Below are positions 16,901 to 26,017 of a stretch of DNA of 64,000 nucleotides, in pieces. The translations under genes and the position numbers were made by a program. The notes below the pieces were generated by a model. It did not search any database. It saw only the letters and a program-made list of their open reading frames with translations, and was not told the DNA's origin. The stretch is from Candidatus Cloacimonadota bacterium (GTDB taxonomy: Bacteria > Cloacimonadota > Cloacimonadia > G963667145), in NCBI GenBank assembly GCA_963676615.1, contig OY781092.1, positions 832,001-896,000 of the forward strand, read 5' to 3'. Position 1 is the first letter of the stretch. Each line of letters opens with the position of its first letter.

Positions 16901-19185
16901 GCTTTGTTCGCTGGAGAAGTCAAAGATACCTTGATATTCTCCTTAGTCGTAAAGCTCCTCACACTACTTTCCACATCGTCAAATCCCTCTTCCTTGGTGA
17001 TAACTTTCCAGTAGTAAGTCGTGCTGTAAGCCAAGTTTGTTATTTCATATTCTTCGATGGATGTTGCTGTTTTTTTGCTCAAATTGTCCGCAGAAGTTCC
17101 AAACCACACCTCATAACTGCTACCTGTGCTTGTCCATCTCAAATCTACGCTCAAGTTTTGGTCTGTCGCATTTTTCTCTGGAGAAGTCAAAGAAACCTTG
17201 ATATTCTCCTTAGTCGTAAAGCTCCTCACGCCGCTAGAAACATCGTCAAATCCATCTTTCTTAGTGATAACTTTCCAGTAGTAAGTCGAGTCATAAGCCA
17301 AGCCTGTTATTGAGCAATTTTTTTCAGTAATTGTTGCTGTTTTTTTGCTCAAATTGTCCGCAGAAGTTCCAAACCACACCTCATAACTACTACCTGTGCC
17401 GTCCCAAATCAAATCTACGCTCAAGTTTTGGCCTGTCGCTTTGTCCAACGGAGAACTCAAAGAAACCTTGATATTTTCCTTAGTCTTAAAGCTTTGAACG
17501 CCGCTTTTTGCAGTTTCGTTGCCTCTATTGGCTACAACTTCCCAATAATAGGTCTTTTCGTAATCCAAATCGTCTTTCAACAAAAATTTTGTTTTTTGTT
17601 CGCTAGAAATTTCTTTCAAATTTTCAGAATCCTCTCCAAAATAGACATCGTAGCTTTTGCCGTTACCGTCCCAATTCAAATTGACACTCAAGTTTTGATT
17701 TACAGTGTCTGCCGCTGGAGAAATCAGACTAACAGTAAGCACATCTTTTGTCTTAAAATGTTGAAGATCGCCCTCTAAAAGATCGTTACCTCTTATTACA
17801 TCCACTTTCCAATAGTAGTCGGTGCTATTTTTCAAATCAGCCTTGTTGAAGATAGTATCAGTCAACCCATTGCCGATTATATCCATATTTCCAAGTTTCC
17901 CGAAATACAATTTGTAACTGTCGCCATTGCTACTCCAAGCCAAATCGACGCTCAAGTCTTGCTCTGTTGCATCTGCCGCTGGCGAAAGATAAGCAAGCCT
18001 TGGAGCGTCTTCGGTTGTAAAGCTGCGCACATCACTAAAAGTGGACTGCTCGCCTCTTTTCGCCTCTACCTTCCAGAAATAAGTTTTTTCGTTCTCTAAA
18101 TTGTTTTTTGTATAACTCTCCGCTCCGCTAACAGCAATTTTTTCGTTCAAATTATCACTGCTTGTTCCAAAATAGACAATATAGCTCTCGGCGTTGCCGT
18201 CCCAAGTTAAATCGACACTCAAATCTTGATCTATGGCGTTGTTAGCTGGAGAATCCAAAGAAACTTCAAGCTCGCCACTTGTTACAAAGTGACTGACGCT
18301 ACTTTCCACATCCTCGTATTCATATTTCGTAGCAACAACCTTCCAATAATAGGTTGTGTTGTAATCCAAAAGATCAGATGTATATTTTTTTTCACTTGTT
18401 TGCGGAATCTTTTGGTCAATAGAGTTTTCATCTGTGCCAAAATAAACATCGTATTTATCGGCGTTGCCTTCCCAAGACAGATTAACTTTTATCCCTTGGC
18501 TAGTAAAAACCTCTTGATAATCAGCCAAAGAAACAAAAAGTTCATCTTTTGTGCTAAAGCTCTTTATTTCGCTAAAAAGATTGTCGTAACCGTCTTTAAC
18601 AGCCACTATTTGCCAGTAATAGGTGGTAGCATATTTCAAACCTTTCTTTTCGAATGTTGTGCCTGTTACATACCCCAAATTTTTCAGAGCAGCACTATTC
18701 TCTCCAAACCAAACATAATAACCATCGGCGTTTCCGTCCCAACTCAAAGAAACGCTCGGCGCTGTTTTGTCTCCCTCTTCTGGATACAACAAACTTACTT
18801 TGATGTCTTCTTTGGTCGTAAACATCCGCACACCGCTAGACACATCGCTCAAGCCGTTCTTTTTAGCCACTATCTGCCAAAGATAAGTCGTTTCTCCTTC
18901 CAAATCGTTAGCCGTATAAACAGTTGATGTTATATTGCTAGCGACCTTTTTAAGGTTCGCCAAATTTGTCCCAAGATAAACATCGTAGCGATCAGCGTTG
19001 CTATTCCAAGAAAAATCGACGCTAAAATCCTGCTCCGTCTCATTATTATCTGGAGACAGCAATGTCAGCGAAATACTTCCAGTATCGTCCTCAGTATTTT
19101 CGTCTCCAACGCTTGACTGAAGACATCCAACTAGCGCAAAAGCAAGCAAGCCCAGTGCCACAATAAACCTCAAAAAATTTTTCAT
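13990..19185 (-). CDS. Large surface lipoprotein: 16 fibronectin-III-like repeats plus C-terminal FGE-sulfatase (C-type-lectin-fold) domain
   Basis: Lipobox LVGC at residues 18-21; 16 repeats of ~90 aa (SP...L.W...YDVYFG...YYWKV...SFTT); C-terminal RLPTEAQWEFAARGG, PNELGIYDMSGNVFE, RGGG and GFR motifs. Confidence 0.88.
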   Translation of the reverse strand: MKNFLRFIVALGLLAFALVGCLQSSVGDENTEDDTGSISLTLLSPDNNETEQDFSVDFSWNSNADRYDVYLGTNLANLKKVASNITSTVYTANDLEGETTYLWQIVAKKNGLSDVSSGVRMFTTKEDIKVSLLYPEEGDKTAPSVSLSWDGNADGYYVWFGENSAALKNLGYVTGTTFEKKGLKYATTYYWQIVAVKDGYDNLFSEIKSFSTKDELFVSLADYQEVFTSQGIKVNLSWEGNADKYDVYFGTDENSIDQKIPQTSEKKYTSDLLDYNTTYYWKVVATKYEYEDVESSVSHFVTSGELEVSLDSPANNAIDQDLSVDLTWDGNAESYIVYFGTSSDNLNEKIAVSGAESYTKNNLENEKTYFWKVEAKRGEQSTFSDVRSFTTEDAPRLAYLSPAADATEQDLSVDLAWSSNGDSYKLYFGKLGNMDIIGNGLTDTIFNKADLKNSTDYYWKVDVIRGNDLLEGDLQHFKTKDVLTVSLISPAADTVNQNLSVNLNWDGNGKSYDVYFGEDSENLKEISSEQKTKFLLKDDLDYEKTYYWEVVANRGNETAKSGVQSFKTKENIKVSLSSPLDKATGQNLSVDLIWDGTGSSYEVWFGTSADNLSKKTATITEKNCSITGLAYDSTYYWKVITKKDGFDDVSSGVRSFTTKENIKVSLTSPEKNATDQNLSVDLRWTSTGSSYEVWFGTSADNLSKKTATSIEEYEITNLAYSTTYYWKVITKEEGFDDVESSVRSFTTKENIKVSLTSPANKATGQNLSVDLSWDGTGSSYEVWFGTSAESLSNKATTTDKNYLITGLDYDSTYYWKVVAKRGDETRESGINSFTTKEELVVSLTSPADSATEQNLSVDLTWNGNADSYDVYFGEDSENLKEISSGQKTKFLSKDDLDYEKTYYWEVVANRGNETAKSGVQSFKTKENIKVSLTSPEENATGQNLSVDLIWDGTGSSYEVWFGTSAANLSKKTATTDKNYLITGLAYDSTYYWKVITKKDGFDDVSSGVRSFTTKEELAVSLSSPVENAINQNLSVNLTWTSNGDSYTVFFGTDSTSLGEEINDLSGKNYVKSLLAYSKTYYWKVVAKRGDEMRESGINSFTTKEELVVSLTSPADSATEQNLSVDLTWNGNADSYDVYFGEDSNNLDKISSSHAAEVLIKGDLDYSTTYYWKVVAKKSGYVDVESGVQSFTTKAKLAVSLVSPADSAAEQNLTVNLFWSGNGYSYDIYMGKDASNLISVANGLTSSEYQAKGLEYETTYYWKVVTKRGDETEETEIQSFTTKDNIKVSLTSPEENATGQNLSVDLSWTGSGDNYSVFISKDNSNWEKAASGLTGNSWTKSGLAYNTKYYWKVITKKDGFADVSSSVRSFTTKEELVVSLGGPDNDATGQNLKVELSWTSNGDSYDVYFGTSEGSLSVAAAGLTVDSFIKTDLECSTKYYWKVEVKRGDDRLVSETKSFTTEAATFTNSLNMDFVVVEADSFEMGSEEGNNKSKPVHTVLISKDYYMGKHEVTVGQVVELFNWAKRNGVEGLSFSTDLVMYGENKLLTLDYHQPKIGYDAGSDSLYVIGDNENYPINYVSCYGADAFVEFLNMKESTDRYRLPTEAQWEFAARGGTKSESTLYSGDEALIKCGWYKTSSDNKTHPVGGLLPNELGIYDMSGNVFELCRDIYSPAYYFNSPKLDPTGPETGTERVVRGGGYSKLESYCTVYYRSGLDFSLDYDVIGFRISSSH

Positions 19186-19264
19186 AATAACTCTCCTATT
19201 ATTATACTATTAATAACAAAGTTCCCCAACACTGGTTTTTCGTCAAGAGTTAGCCCCAACAATT

Positions 19265-19807
19265 CGAAAGGAATGAGGGGTTTTCTTTTATCAGAGGGGC
19301 TCTTCGTTACCTTTTTTTGTCTGAACAAAAATAAGGTAACACCAAAAAAAATCAAATCATAAGCCTAAATTCTAGCTTGCAAAACTCGCTAGTTGTGGCT
19401 GTAGCAAAGGCTTTAAGATCAAGTCGGGCAGTCCTTTCGTAAGAGATTAAATCCTTTGGACAGCCAGCTAACTTCAGTCGTTTGAGCAAGTTCACGAATT
19501 GAGTCTTGAATGATTGCTAACCCGCCCCGCTCCTCTGCTCGCTGTAGCGTTGTGATTTTTCCCAAGACGCTAAAGCGTGCTTGCCGCTTCTTGCCTTTCT
19601 TCCCTCATTCTCGCGGAAGCGGGAATCCATCTCTAACACCATTCTACGAAAAGGGGTCGGGTAGCGGCGGAATTATCAATTTTCAATTTTTATTTATCAA
19701 TTGCTTTGGAGCACAGCGACAAAGCCTCTGCCTGCGCAGGAATGAGGGGACTCTTAGGCGGTGGAATTATCAACTATCAATTGCTTTGGAGCGATGAGCG
19801 ACAAAGC
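19265..19807. repeat. Modular repeat cluster 2 (hairpin G, intact domain D, REP, heptamers, two hairpin A copies)
   Basis: 19550-19748 is near-identical to 24988-25186; D matches 30903-31063. Confidence 0.9.
19355..19515 (+). ncRNA. Candidate rod-like structured element D (161 nt; copies 30903-31063 and IS-split 11689-13174)
   Basis: Nested pairings AATCAT/ATGATT, AATTC/GAATT, AACTCGCT/AGCAAGTT (imperfect), GGCTGT/ACAGCC, CAAAGG/CCTTTG and TTTAA/TTAAA. Confidence 0.35.
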
Positions 19808-21934
19808 CTAATATGGGTTGGCAGTCACCCAATCGAAGCTCTCTTTTTTTAGGAGAGGTTCTTTGTCGGCTTCTGTGGGGATATGCCAAATATTCGGGTC
19901 TAATTCTATCGTGCTTGTCCAAAAATCCTCATCCATATTCGGCTCCACAATCCCTTGATTACCTTCATTATAATCCCCACCAACAAGAGTAAAATAAGAA
20001 GCAGACCGGTAATAATTTTGATTTGACACCACTCCCTTTGCAACATTATAAGCATTATTACTAGAGCCATAAGCCTGCTGAGCAGTAAGAGTTATATTAC
20101 TTGTGCCCCTGCGTAAAATAACATTCTTTACAATTTCAGCGTTAGTATTACCTCCTGCGGAGATACTAGCAACATAAGCTCCATTGTAATTATTGGTTGA
20201 TTGAGCTTTTACAGAACCAATTTTCAAAATATTTTTGGTATAAACTCCTGGTTTATTACCCGCATCTCCAACCAATCCTCCAGCGCAAGCAAATGATCCC
20301 GTACTTGAATACGTATCTTTACTTAGAATAGACTGAACATCTAAATAACAATCAGATATTTCTACATCATTCCCTCCAATAGCACCTATCATTCCCCCAA
20401 CATAAATAGAGTATGCATTGGAAGAAGAAATATAAATATTAGTAAGAGCCAAGCGAGTAACTTTAGAGTCTGCATATGCAAGAGGGAAAAATCCAACTCT
20501 ACCACCGTTTACTCCAGAAATACGAACACCCTGAACTTCGTGCCCTTTTCCATCAAATGTCTTTGCTGCTGCAAGTTGGGCAAAAACGCCGCCTGAACCA
20601 TAAGTAGTAGTGCTTGACCACACGAATTGCTTAGCGTCATTGTAAAGAGAAATATCTGTATATAAATTCAGATCACATGCGGATTTGTCTTTAACTTTAG
20701 AAAACATCAACGCTGTGTAAATATCAGAAGTTGTATTATATACATAGTCCGACATATCTGCCTCAAATCCGCGGCGATGGATAAGCTCTTTGGCATCAAC
20801 GCCAGAATTCGTCGGAACAGGATATTTGAAACCTGACGGAAATTCCCAATCGCTAGTTGAAAAAGAGACATCACTCGTCCAGAAATCTTGGTTAACGCTT
20901 CTTTTGTCGCCTACTGCCAAAGCGGCATCGTTATAGTCTCCTGTATATAGATTAAGACCATGTTTAGCTGATGTCGTGAGATTGCCAGTGTAGACGCTAC
21001 TACTAGACCAATACGGATAGTAAACCCAGTAGAAGTCGTTTATATCGTCGTTCCAAAGGGTGAAGCCTGTCTCTACCCAGCCGTAGTTATAGCTTACTGA
21101 CCCGGTATTATATCCCCAAACTCTGCCGAGTTTCCCTCCTTTATTTGGAGCATGATGCAGCTTAAACATATCGAGCATCGATACGCAATTGGTAAGAGAG
21201 CATCCTAAACCGACATAGCCTGCTACTCCTCCCACATAGCTTTCATTATATGCAGTGGAGTAAGCGACGGTGTGTTTACTGGTAATCGTGCCGTTGACCA
21301 CTAGGCATTTTTCGATAGTGGCGGTGTTTTTCATATTCCCTGCGAACATCCCCAGATAGCGCTTGCCTGTCAGGTGGCAGTCTTTGATGAGGCAGTTTTG
21401 GATCGTGCCGCCGTCAATCTCTGCGGCGAGGATGCCGACCGTATCGCCGTCATAGACGACCTTGGCGTTCTCGATGACCAGATTTTTCACCATGCCGGTG
21501 AGGTTTTCGAACATCGCTTTGCCGCTTATCCTAAAGTTTTTAATCGTGTGGCCTCCGCCGTCGAATGTATGAGAATAATTTGAAATCGATGGGAAATTTC
21601 TTCCGCCATAATCTATGTCCTTTGTTAAAGTTACACTGGAATCACCAAGGACAAAATCGAAGTCGTCGCGATACATCCGCTGTCCTTTTCGTTGATAGGG
21701 CAGCACCTTCTCATACTGTATCCACGGAGTTCCAACTGTAGCAGTAGAGTCCGTTTCAACCGCTCCAGACCCCCAAAGGGTTTGCCAGAACTGCTCGCTA
21801 TACATTTCGTCTGCTCCGATTTCCTGTCCGCTTTTATCATCAGCAGCCGCAAACAAAAAGCTCCCGCTAAACAAAACACCAAAGACCAAGGCAGCGACCA
21901 GCACATTTTTTTTAAATTGAAAAAACTTTTTCAT
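19808..21934 (-). CDS. Secreted GLUG-motif-like surface protein, paralog 1
   Basis: N-terminal signal peptide; FDGGGHTIKN, YVGGVAG, YVGGMIG and AGGLVG motifs typical of GLUG/beta-helical repeat proteins. Confidence 0.7.
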   Translation of the reverse strand: MKKFFQFKKNVLVAALVFGVLFSGSFLFAAADDKSGQEIGADEMYSEQFWQTLWGSGAVETDSTATVGTPWIQYEKVLPYQRKGQRMYRDDFDFVLGDSSVTLTKDIDYGGRNFPSISNYSHTFDGGGHTIKNFRISGKAMFENLTGMVKNLVIENAKVVYDGDTVGILAAEIDGGTIQNCLIKDCHLTGKRYLGMFAGNMKNTATIEKCLVVNGTITSKHTVAYSTAYNESYVGGVAGYVGLGCSLTNCVSMLDMFKLHHAPNKGGKLGRVWGYNTGSVSYNYGWVETGFTLWNDDINDFYWVYYPYWSSSSVYTGNLTTSAKHGLNLYTGDYNDAALAVGDKRSVNQDFWTSDVSFSTSDWEFPSGFKYPVPTNSGVDAKELIHRRGFEADMSDYVYNTTSDIYTALMFSKVKDKSACDLNLYTDISLYNDAKQFVWSSTTTYGSGGVFAQLAAAKTFDGKGHEVQGVRISGVNGGRVGFFPLAYADSKVTRLALTNIYISSSNAYSIYVGGMIGAIGGNDVEISDCYLDVQSILSKDTYSSTGSFACAGGLVGDAGNKPGVYTKNILKIGSVKAQSTNNYNGAYVASISAGGNTNAEIVKNVILRRGTSNITLTAQQAYGSSNNAYNVAKGVVSNQNYYRSASYFTLVGGDYNEGNQGIVEPNMDEDFWTSTIELDPNIWHIPTEADKEPLLKKESFDWVTANPY

Positions 21935-22019
21935 CTTTTTTCCCTATTTCGGTTTAATTTATATAATGCCAAAGAATTGTGTCGCAACGATAGCCGTCAA
22001 GGAATTTCGTATTTATGGG

Positions 22020-23598
22020 GGGTTTTCTCTTATCAGAGGGATTATTCGTTACCTTTTTTTGTCTGAACAAAGAAAGGTAGATAAAAAGTCACGCTGAAAG
22101 CGTCGCGCTTCTCATCCGTGCAAAACAAGAAGTGCCTGGGCGCTACCAACCATCCGTCATTGCGGGCAACGACCCGCAGAGTTTTACTCTCTTATCAGAG
22201 GGATTTTCTCCTTTTCGGGCGTCCGAAAAGAGAAACAGAAAAGGACGCCCGCTTCAAATAGCCAGCGAGGTTTCGAGAGGTGTCCCAAGAGTTCCGTGGT
22301 AAAGAGCACCTCCGCAATTTTTTCGTAGCTGTTTTAGTTACGATAGCCTGCTTTGCAGTTTTTGCGGACGGCTGTTTTTCTCGCTGTCTCTCCCGATGAA
22401 GCGGGATGCCGCCCCGCTCCCCTGCTCGCTTAAACTGGCGAAAGGTTGGCGGCGGAAACCTCCGCTTCAGAAAAGACTAAAGACACGAACTGTTGCCTTT
22501 TGAGCCTGCAACGCTAACCAAAGAAATCCAAAATCTTGCGAAAAATACACGGGAACGACCACACTTTACTCTTTCTGGTGACTCGGAGCGTCTTTTGGCA
22601 TTGAAGCGGAGCGGTTTTCTTTTCTCCTCTATCTTTTCTTTGAGCGGTCAAAGAAAAGATGGAGTCACGCTGAAAGCGTCGCAGTTTTTTTTTCTTATCA
22701 GAGGGATTGTCCGTTACCTTTTTTTGTCTGAACAAAGAAAGGTAGATAAAAAGTCACGCTGAAAGCGTCGTGCTTCTCATCCGTGCAGAGCAAGGAGTAC
22801 CTGGACTTCTGACACCAAAATACGGGATTATTGTTTTTTGCACGAAAAAGGGTGCCTGGATTCCTGCCTGCGCAGGAATGAGGTGGCTCTTAGGCGGCGG
22901 AATTATCAATTTTCAATTGTAGCTTATCAATTGCTTTGGAGCGCCAGCGACAAAGCCTTCGCCTGCGGCGGGCTTTCTCCTTTTCGGTCGTCCGAAAAGA
23001 GAAACAGAAAAGGACGCCCGCTTCAAATAGCCAGCGAGGTTTCGAGAGGTGTCCCAAGAGTTCCGAGGTAAAGAGCACCTCCGCAATTTTTTCGTAGCTG
23101 TTTTAGTGGCGATAGCCTGCTTTGCAGTTTTTGTGGACGGCTGTTTTTCTCGCTGTCTCACCCGATGAAGCGGGATGCCGCCCCGCCCGCCTGCTCGCCT
23201 AGACTGGCGATAGGCTTGGGGCGAAAACCTCCGCTTCAGGAAAGACTAAAGACACGAACTGTTGCCTTTTCGCCTGCAACGCTAACCAAAGAAAACCAAA
23301 ACCTTGCGAAAAATACACGGGAACGACCACACTTTACTCTTTCTGGTGACTCGGAGCGTCTTTTGGCATTGAAGCGGAGCGGTTTTCTTTTCTCCTCTAT
23401 CTTTTCTTTGAGCGGTCAAAGAAAAGATGGAGTCACGCTGAAAGCGTCGCAGAGTTTTTTTCTTATCAGAGGGATTGTCCGTTACCTTTTTTTGTCTGAA
23501 CAAAGAAAGGTAGATAAAAAGTCACGCTGAAAGCGTCGTGCTTCTCATCCGTGCAGAGCAAGAAGTACCTGGACTTCTGACACCAAAATACGGGATTA
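22020..23598. repeat. Modular repeat cluster 3a, containing a tandem duplication with ~769-bp offset
   Basis: 22205-22882 recurs from 22974, continuing across IS copy 2 to ~24975; CGTC-type palindrome at 22155-22178. Confidence 0.9.
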
Positions 23599-24914
23599 GG
23601 CACCGTCCAAAAAAGTGTGTCTAATCTCCAATTTGGTTTCCATTTTCTTAACTTTCTGGGAACAAAATTTTGTCAAATTTAAATTGATAAATCGGATAAT
23701 TCAGATATTTATCGACCTTGTCCATCGCGACCTTGCTCAGCAGCAGTAGCACAGACTCATCGCTGGGCATCGAGTTCCTGATTTTCAAAACTTTCCGAAA
23801 CTGTTTATTCAAATTTTCGATCCAATTTGTGGTGTAAATCAGCCGCTGAATTCTGTGGTCAAACTCCAAAAAAGTGAAATAATAAACGACATCGTCTCTG
23901 TTTAATAAGTTCTTGGTAAATCGATACTTATCTCCCCATTTTTTCGCAAAATTATCCAAATTTTTCAAAGCAATTTCTTTCGTATAGCGTTCTTGTCCGA
24001 CGCAAAAAATTTCCTTCAAATCGTCGCTAATTTCGCTTTTATCACTATTCCTGACCTTAGCTAATAGACTTCTTTTAAAGTGAGTTACACACTTTTGAAA
24101 TTTCGCATTTTTAAAAACTTTGCTCACCACATTTTCCAGCCCAACAAGGCCGTCAGCCACGACCAATTTTGTCGTTTGCAAGCCTCGCGATTTTAGGCGA
24201 TTAAACAAGAATTCCCAGCCAGCAGCGCTCTCGGTCGGGATATTTTCGAGCGCCAAAATGTCCCGACTTTTGTCCTCTCGGACGCCGACAACCACGCAAA
24301 AAGCCTCCGTTTCAACGCTGTCGAGCCGCCTCAATTTGGAGTGTATGGCGTCGATCATAATAATCGGATAGTTTTTTTCTAGCGGCCTATTTCGCCAATT
24401 TGTCAACAATTCTTTGAATTCTTGGCTGATATTGCTGATGGTCGATTTTTTGTAATTCGTGCCAAAAACATTTGCGAAAACATTCTCTATGTCTCTGGTA
24501 GACAAGCCTTTAGCATATAGCTGAAACGCCAATTCTCGTATTTCTTGCTCCTGCTTTTTCAAAATTTCCAAGATAAATGGATAAAATTGACCGAATCTGT
24601 CGCGCGGAATTTTGAATTGAATTTTGCCGCTGAGAGATGAAAAACACCTGCTGCGATAGCCGTTGCCTTTGTTGTTTGAGCTTTTGTTTTCCGCCATAAA
24701 AGCCTGTCTTTCCAGCTTCATAAGGCTGTTAAAAACGAACTCGATCAATTTATTCGCGCCATAATCATTGACATTTTCGTCTAAAATTTTTTGTAGTTGA
24801 CTTGCGTTAAATCGCATAAGAATCTCCTTTTTTGTTCTTTTTTTTATAAAAATTGGAGATTCTTTTTTTGTGTCTAGTTTTTTTTGCTGCAGACACACTT
24901 TTTTGGACAGTGCC
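23599..24914 (-). mobile_element. IS256-family insertion sequence, copy 2 (1316 bp)
   Basis: Same terminal inverted repeats; 8-bp target duplication CGGGATTA at 23591-23598 and 24915-24922; empty site present at ~22811-22860. Confidence 0.97.
23648..24817 (-). CDS. IS256-family transposase
   Basis: Near-identical to copy 1 (few substitutions). Confidence 0.95.
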   Translation of the reverse strand: MRFNASQLQKILDENVNDYGANKLIEFVFNSLMKLERQAFMAENKSSNNKGNGYRSRCFSSLSGKIQFKIPRDRFGQFYPFILEILKKQEQEIRELAFQLYAKGLSTRDIENVFANVFGTNYKKSTISNISQEFKELLTNWRNRPLEKNYPIIMIDAIHSKLRRLDSVETEAFCVVVGVREDKSRDILALENIPTESAAGWEFLFNRLKSRGLQTTKLVVADGLVGLENVVSKVFKNAKFQKCVTHFKRSLLAKVRNSDKSEISDDLKEIFCVGQERYTKEIALKNLDNFAKKWGDKYRFTKNLLNRDDVVYYFTFLEFDHRIQRLIYTTNWIENLNKQFRKVLKIRNSMPSDESVLLLLSKVAMDKVDKYLNYPIYQFKFDKILFPES

Positions 24915-26017
24915 CGGGATTATTGTTTTTTGCACGAAAAAGGGTGCCTGGATTCCTGCCTGCGCAGGAATGAGGAGGATTGGGGCTTGTGATTTTTCCC
25001 AAGACGCTAAAGCGTGCTTGCCGCTTCTTGCCTTTCTTCCCTCATTCTCGCGGAAGCGGGAATCCATCTCTAACACCATTCTACGAAAAGGGGTCGGGTA
25101 GCGGCGGAATTATCAATTTTCAATTTTTATTTATCAATTGCTTTGGAGCACAGCGACAAAGCCTCTGCCTGCGCAGGAATGAGGGGGTTTTGGGCGTTGT
25201 GTTTTTCCCAAGACGCCAAAGCGTGTTTGCCTCTCCTTGCTCTTCTTCCCTCATTCTCGCGGAAGCGGGAATCCATCTCTAACAGCATTCTGAGAAATGG
25301 GACTGGGCGGTGGTTTTAACTATTACCTAATAACTAATACCTGTCTGACACCAAAATAGAGTCTAATCATTTGCTGCTTATATTTTGGTGTCAGACCTCC
25401 GCCTCGCCCGCTTGCTCGCCCAGTCTGGCGAGGAGGTGGCGTTGGCTATCTTGCTTCATCTAAAACAGAGACACGCCAAAACCAACTACAAAAAACCAAA
25501 AAAGTTGCGATAAGTCACAGACTTACAAACAATTACGGAGGTGCTCTCTTCCACGGAAATCTCCAAACACCTCTCGAAACTTCTCTGTTTTTTGAAGCAA
25601 GCGTCCTTTTCTGCTTCTCTTTTCGGACGCCCGAAAAGATGAAGACCCGTCTGGTAAGACATCATCTCTAACACCATTCTACGAAAAGGGGTCGGGTAGC
25701 GGCGGAATTATCAATTTTCAATTTTTATTTATCAATTGCTTTGGAGCACAGCGACAAAGCCTCTGCCTGCGCAGGAATGAGGGGGTTTTGGGCGTTGTGT
25801 TTTTCCCAAGACGCCAAAGCGTGTTTGCCTCTCCTTGCCTTTCTTCCCTCATTCCATCGAAAGAGGGAATCCATCTCTAACACCATTCTGCGAAAAGGGG
25901 TCGGTTGGTGGCGGAATTATCAATTTTCAATTTTTATTTATCAATTGCTTTGGAGCGCCAGCGACAAAGCAAAGCGGCGGTGGAATTATCAACTATCAAT
26001 TGTAACTTATCAATTGC
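24915..26017. repeat. Modular repeat cluster 3b (REP doublets, three hairpin A copies, IR22, domain E3)
   Basis: Same modules as other clusters; 25400-25680 is near-identical to 31070-31350. Confidence 0.9.
25450..25601 (-). ncRNA. Candidate structured element E3 (divergent homolog of E1; copy at 31121-31272)
   Basis: Reverse complement shares the core GTTTCGAGAGGTGT...AGAGCACCTCCG.AATT with E1, but has stems CTTGCTTCA/TGAAGCAAG and CAGAGA/TCTCTG. Confidence 0.4.

Noticed and set aside
19355..19515. 6S RNA (ssrS) call for element D
   Set aside because: Three copies embedded in mobile-looking clusters, one broken by an IS, and no clear central bubble. Kept only as an unassigned structured element.
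11720..24914. Composite transposon formed by inverted IS copies 1 and 2
   Set aside because: Each IS has its own intact 8-bp target duplication, showing independent insertions and no inversion between them.
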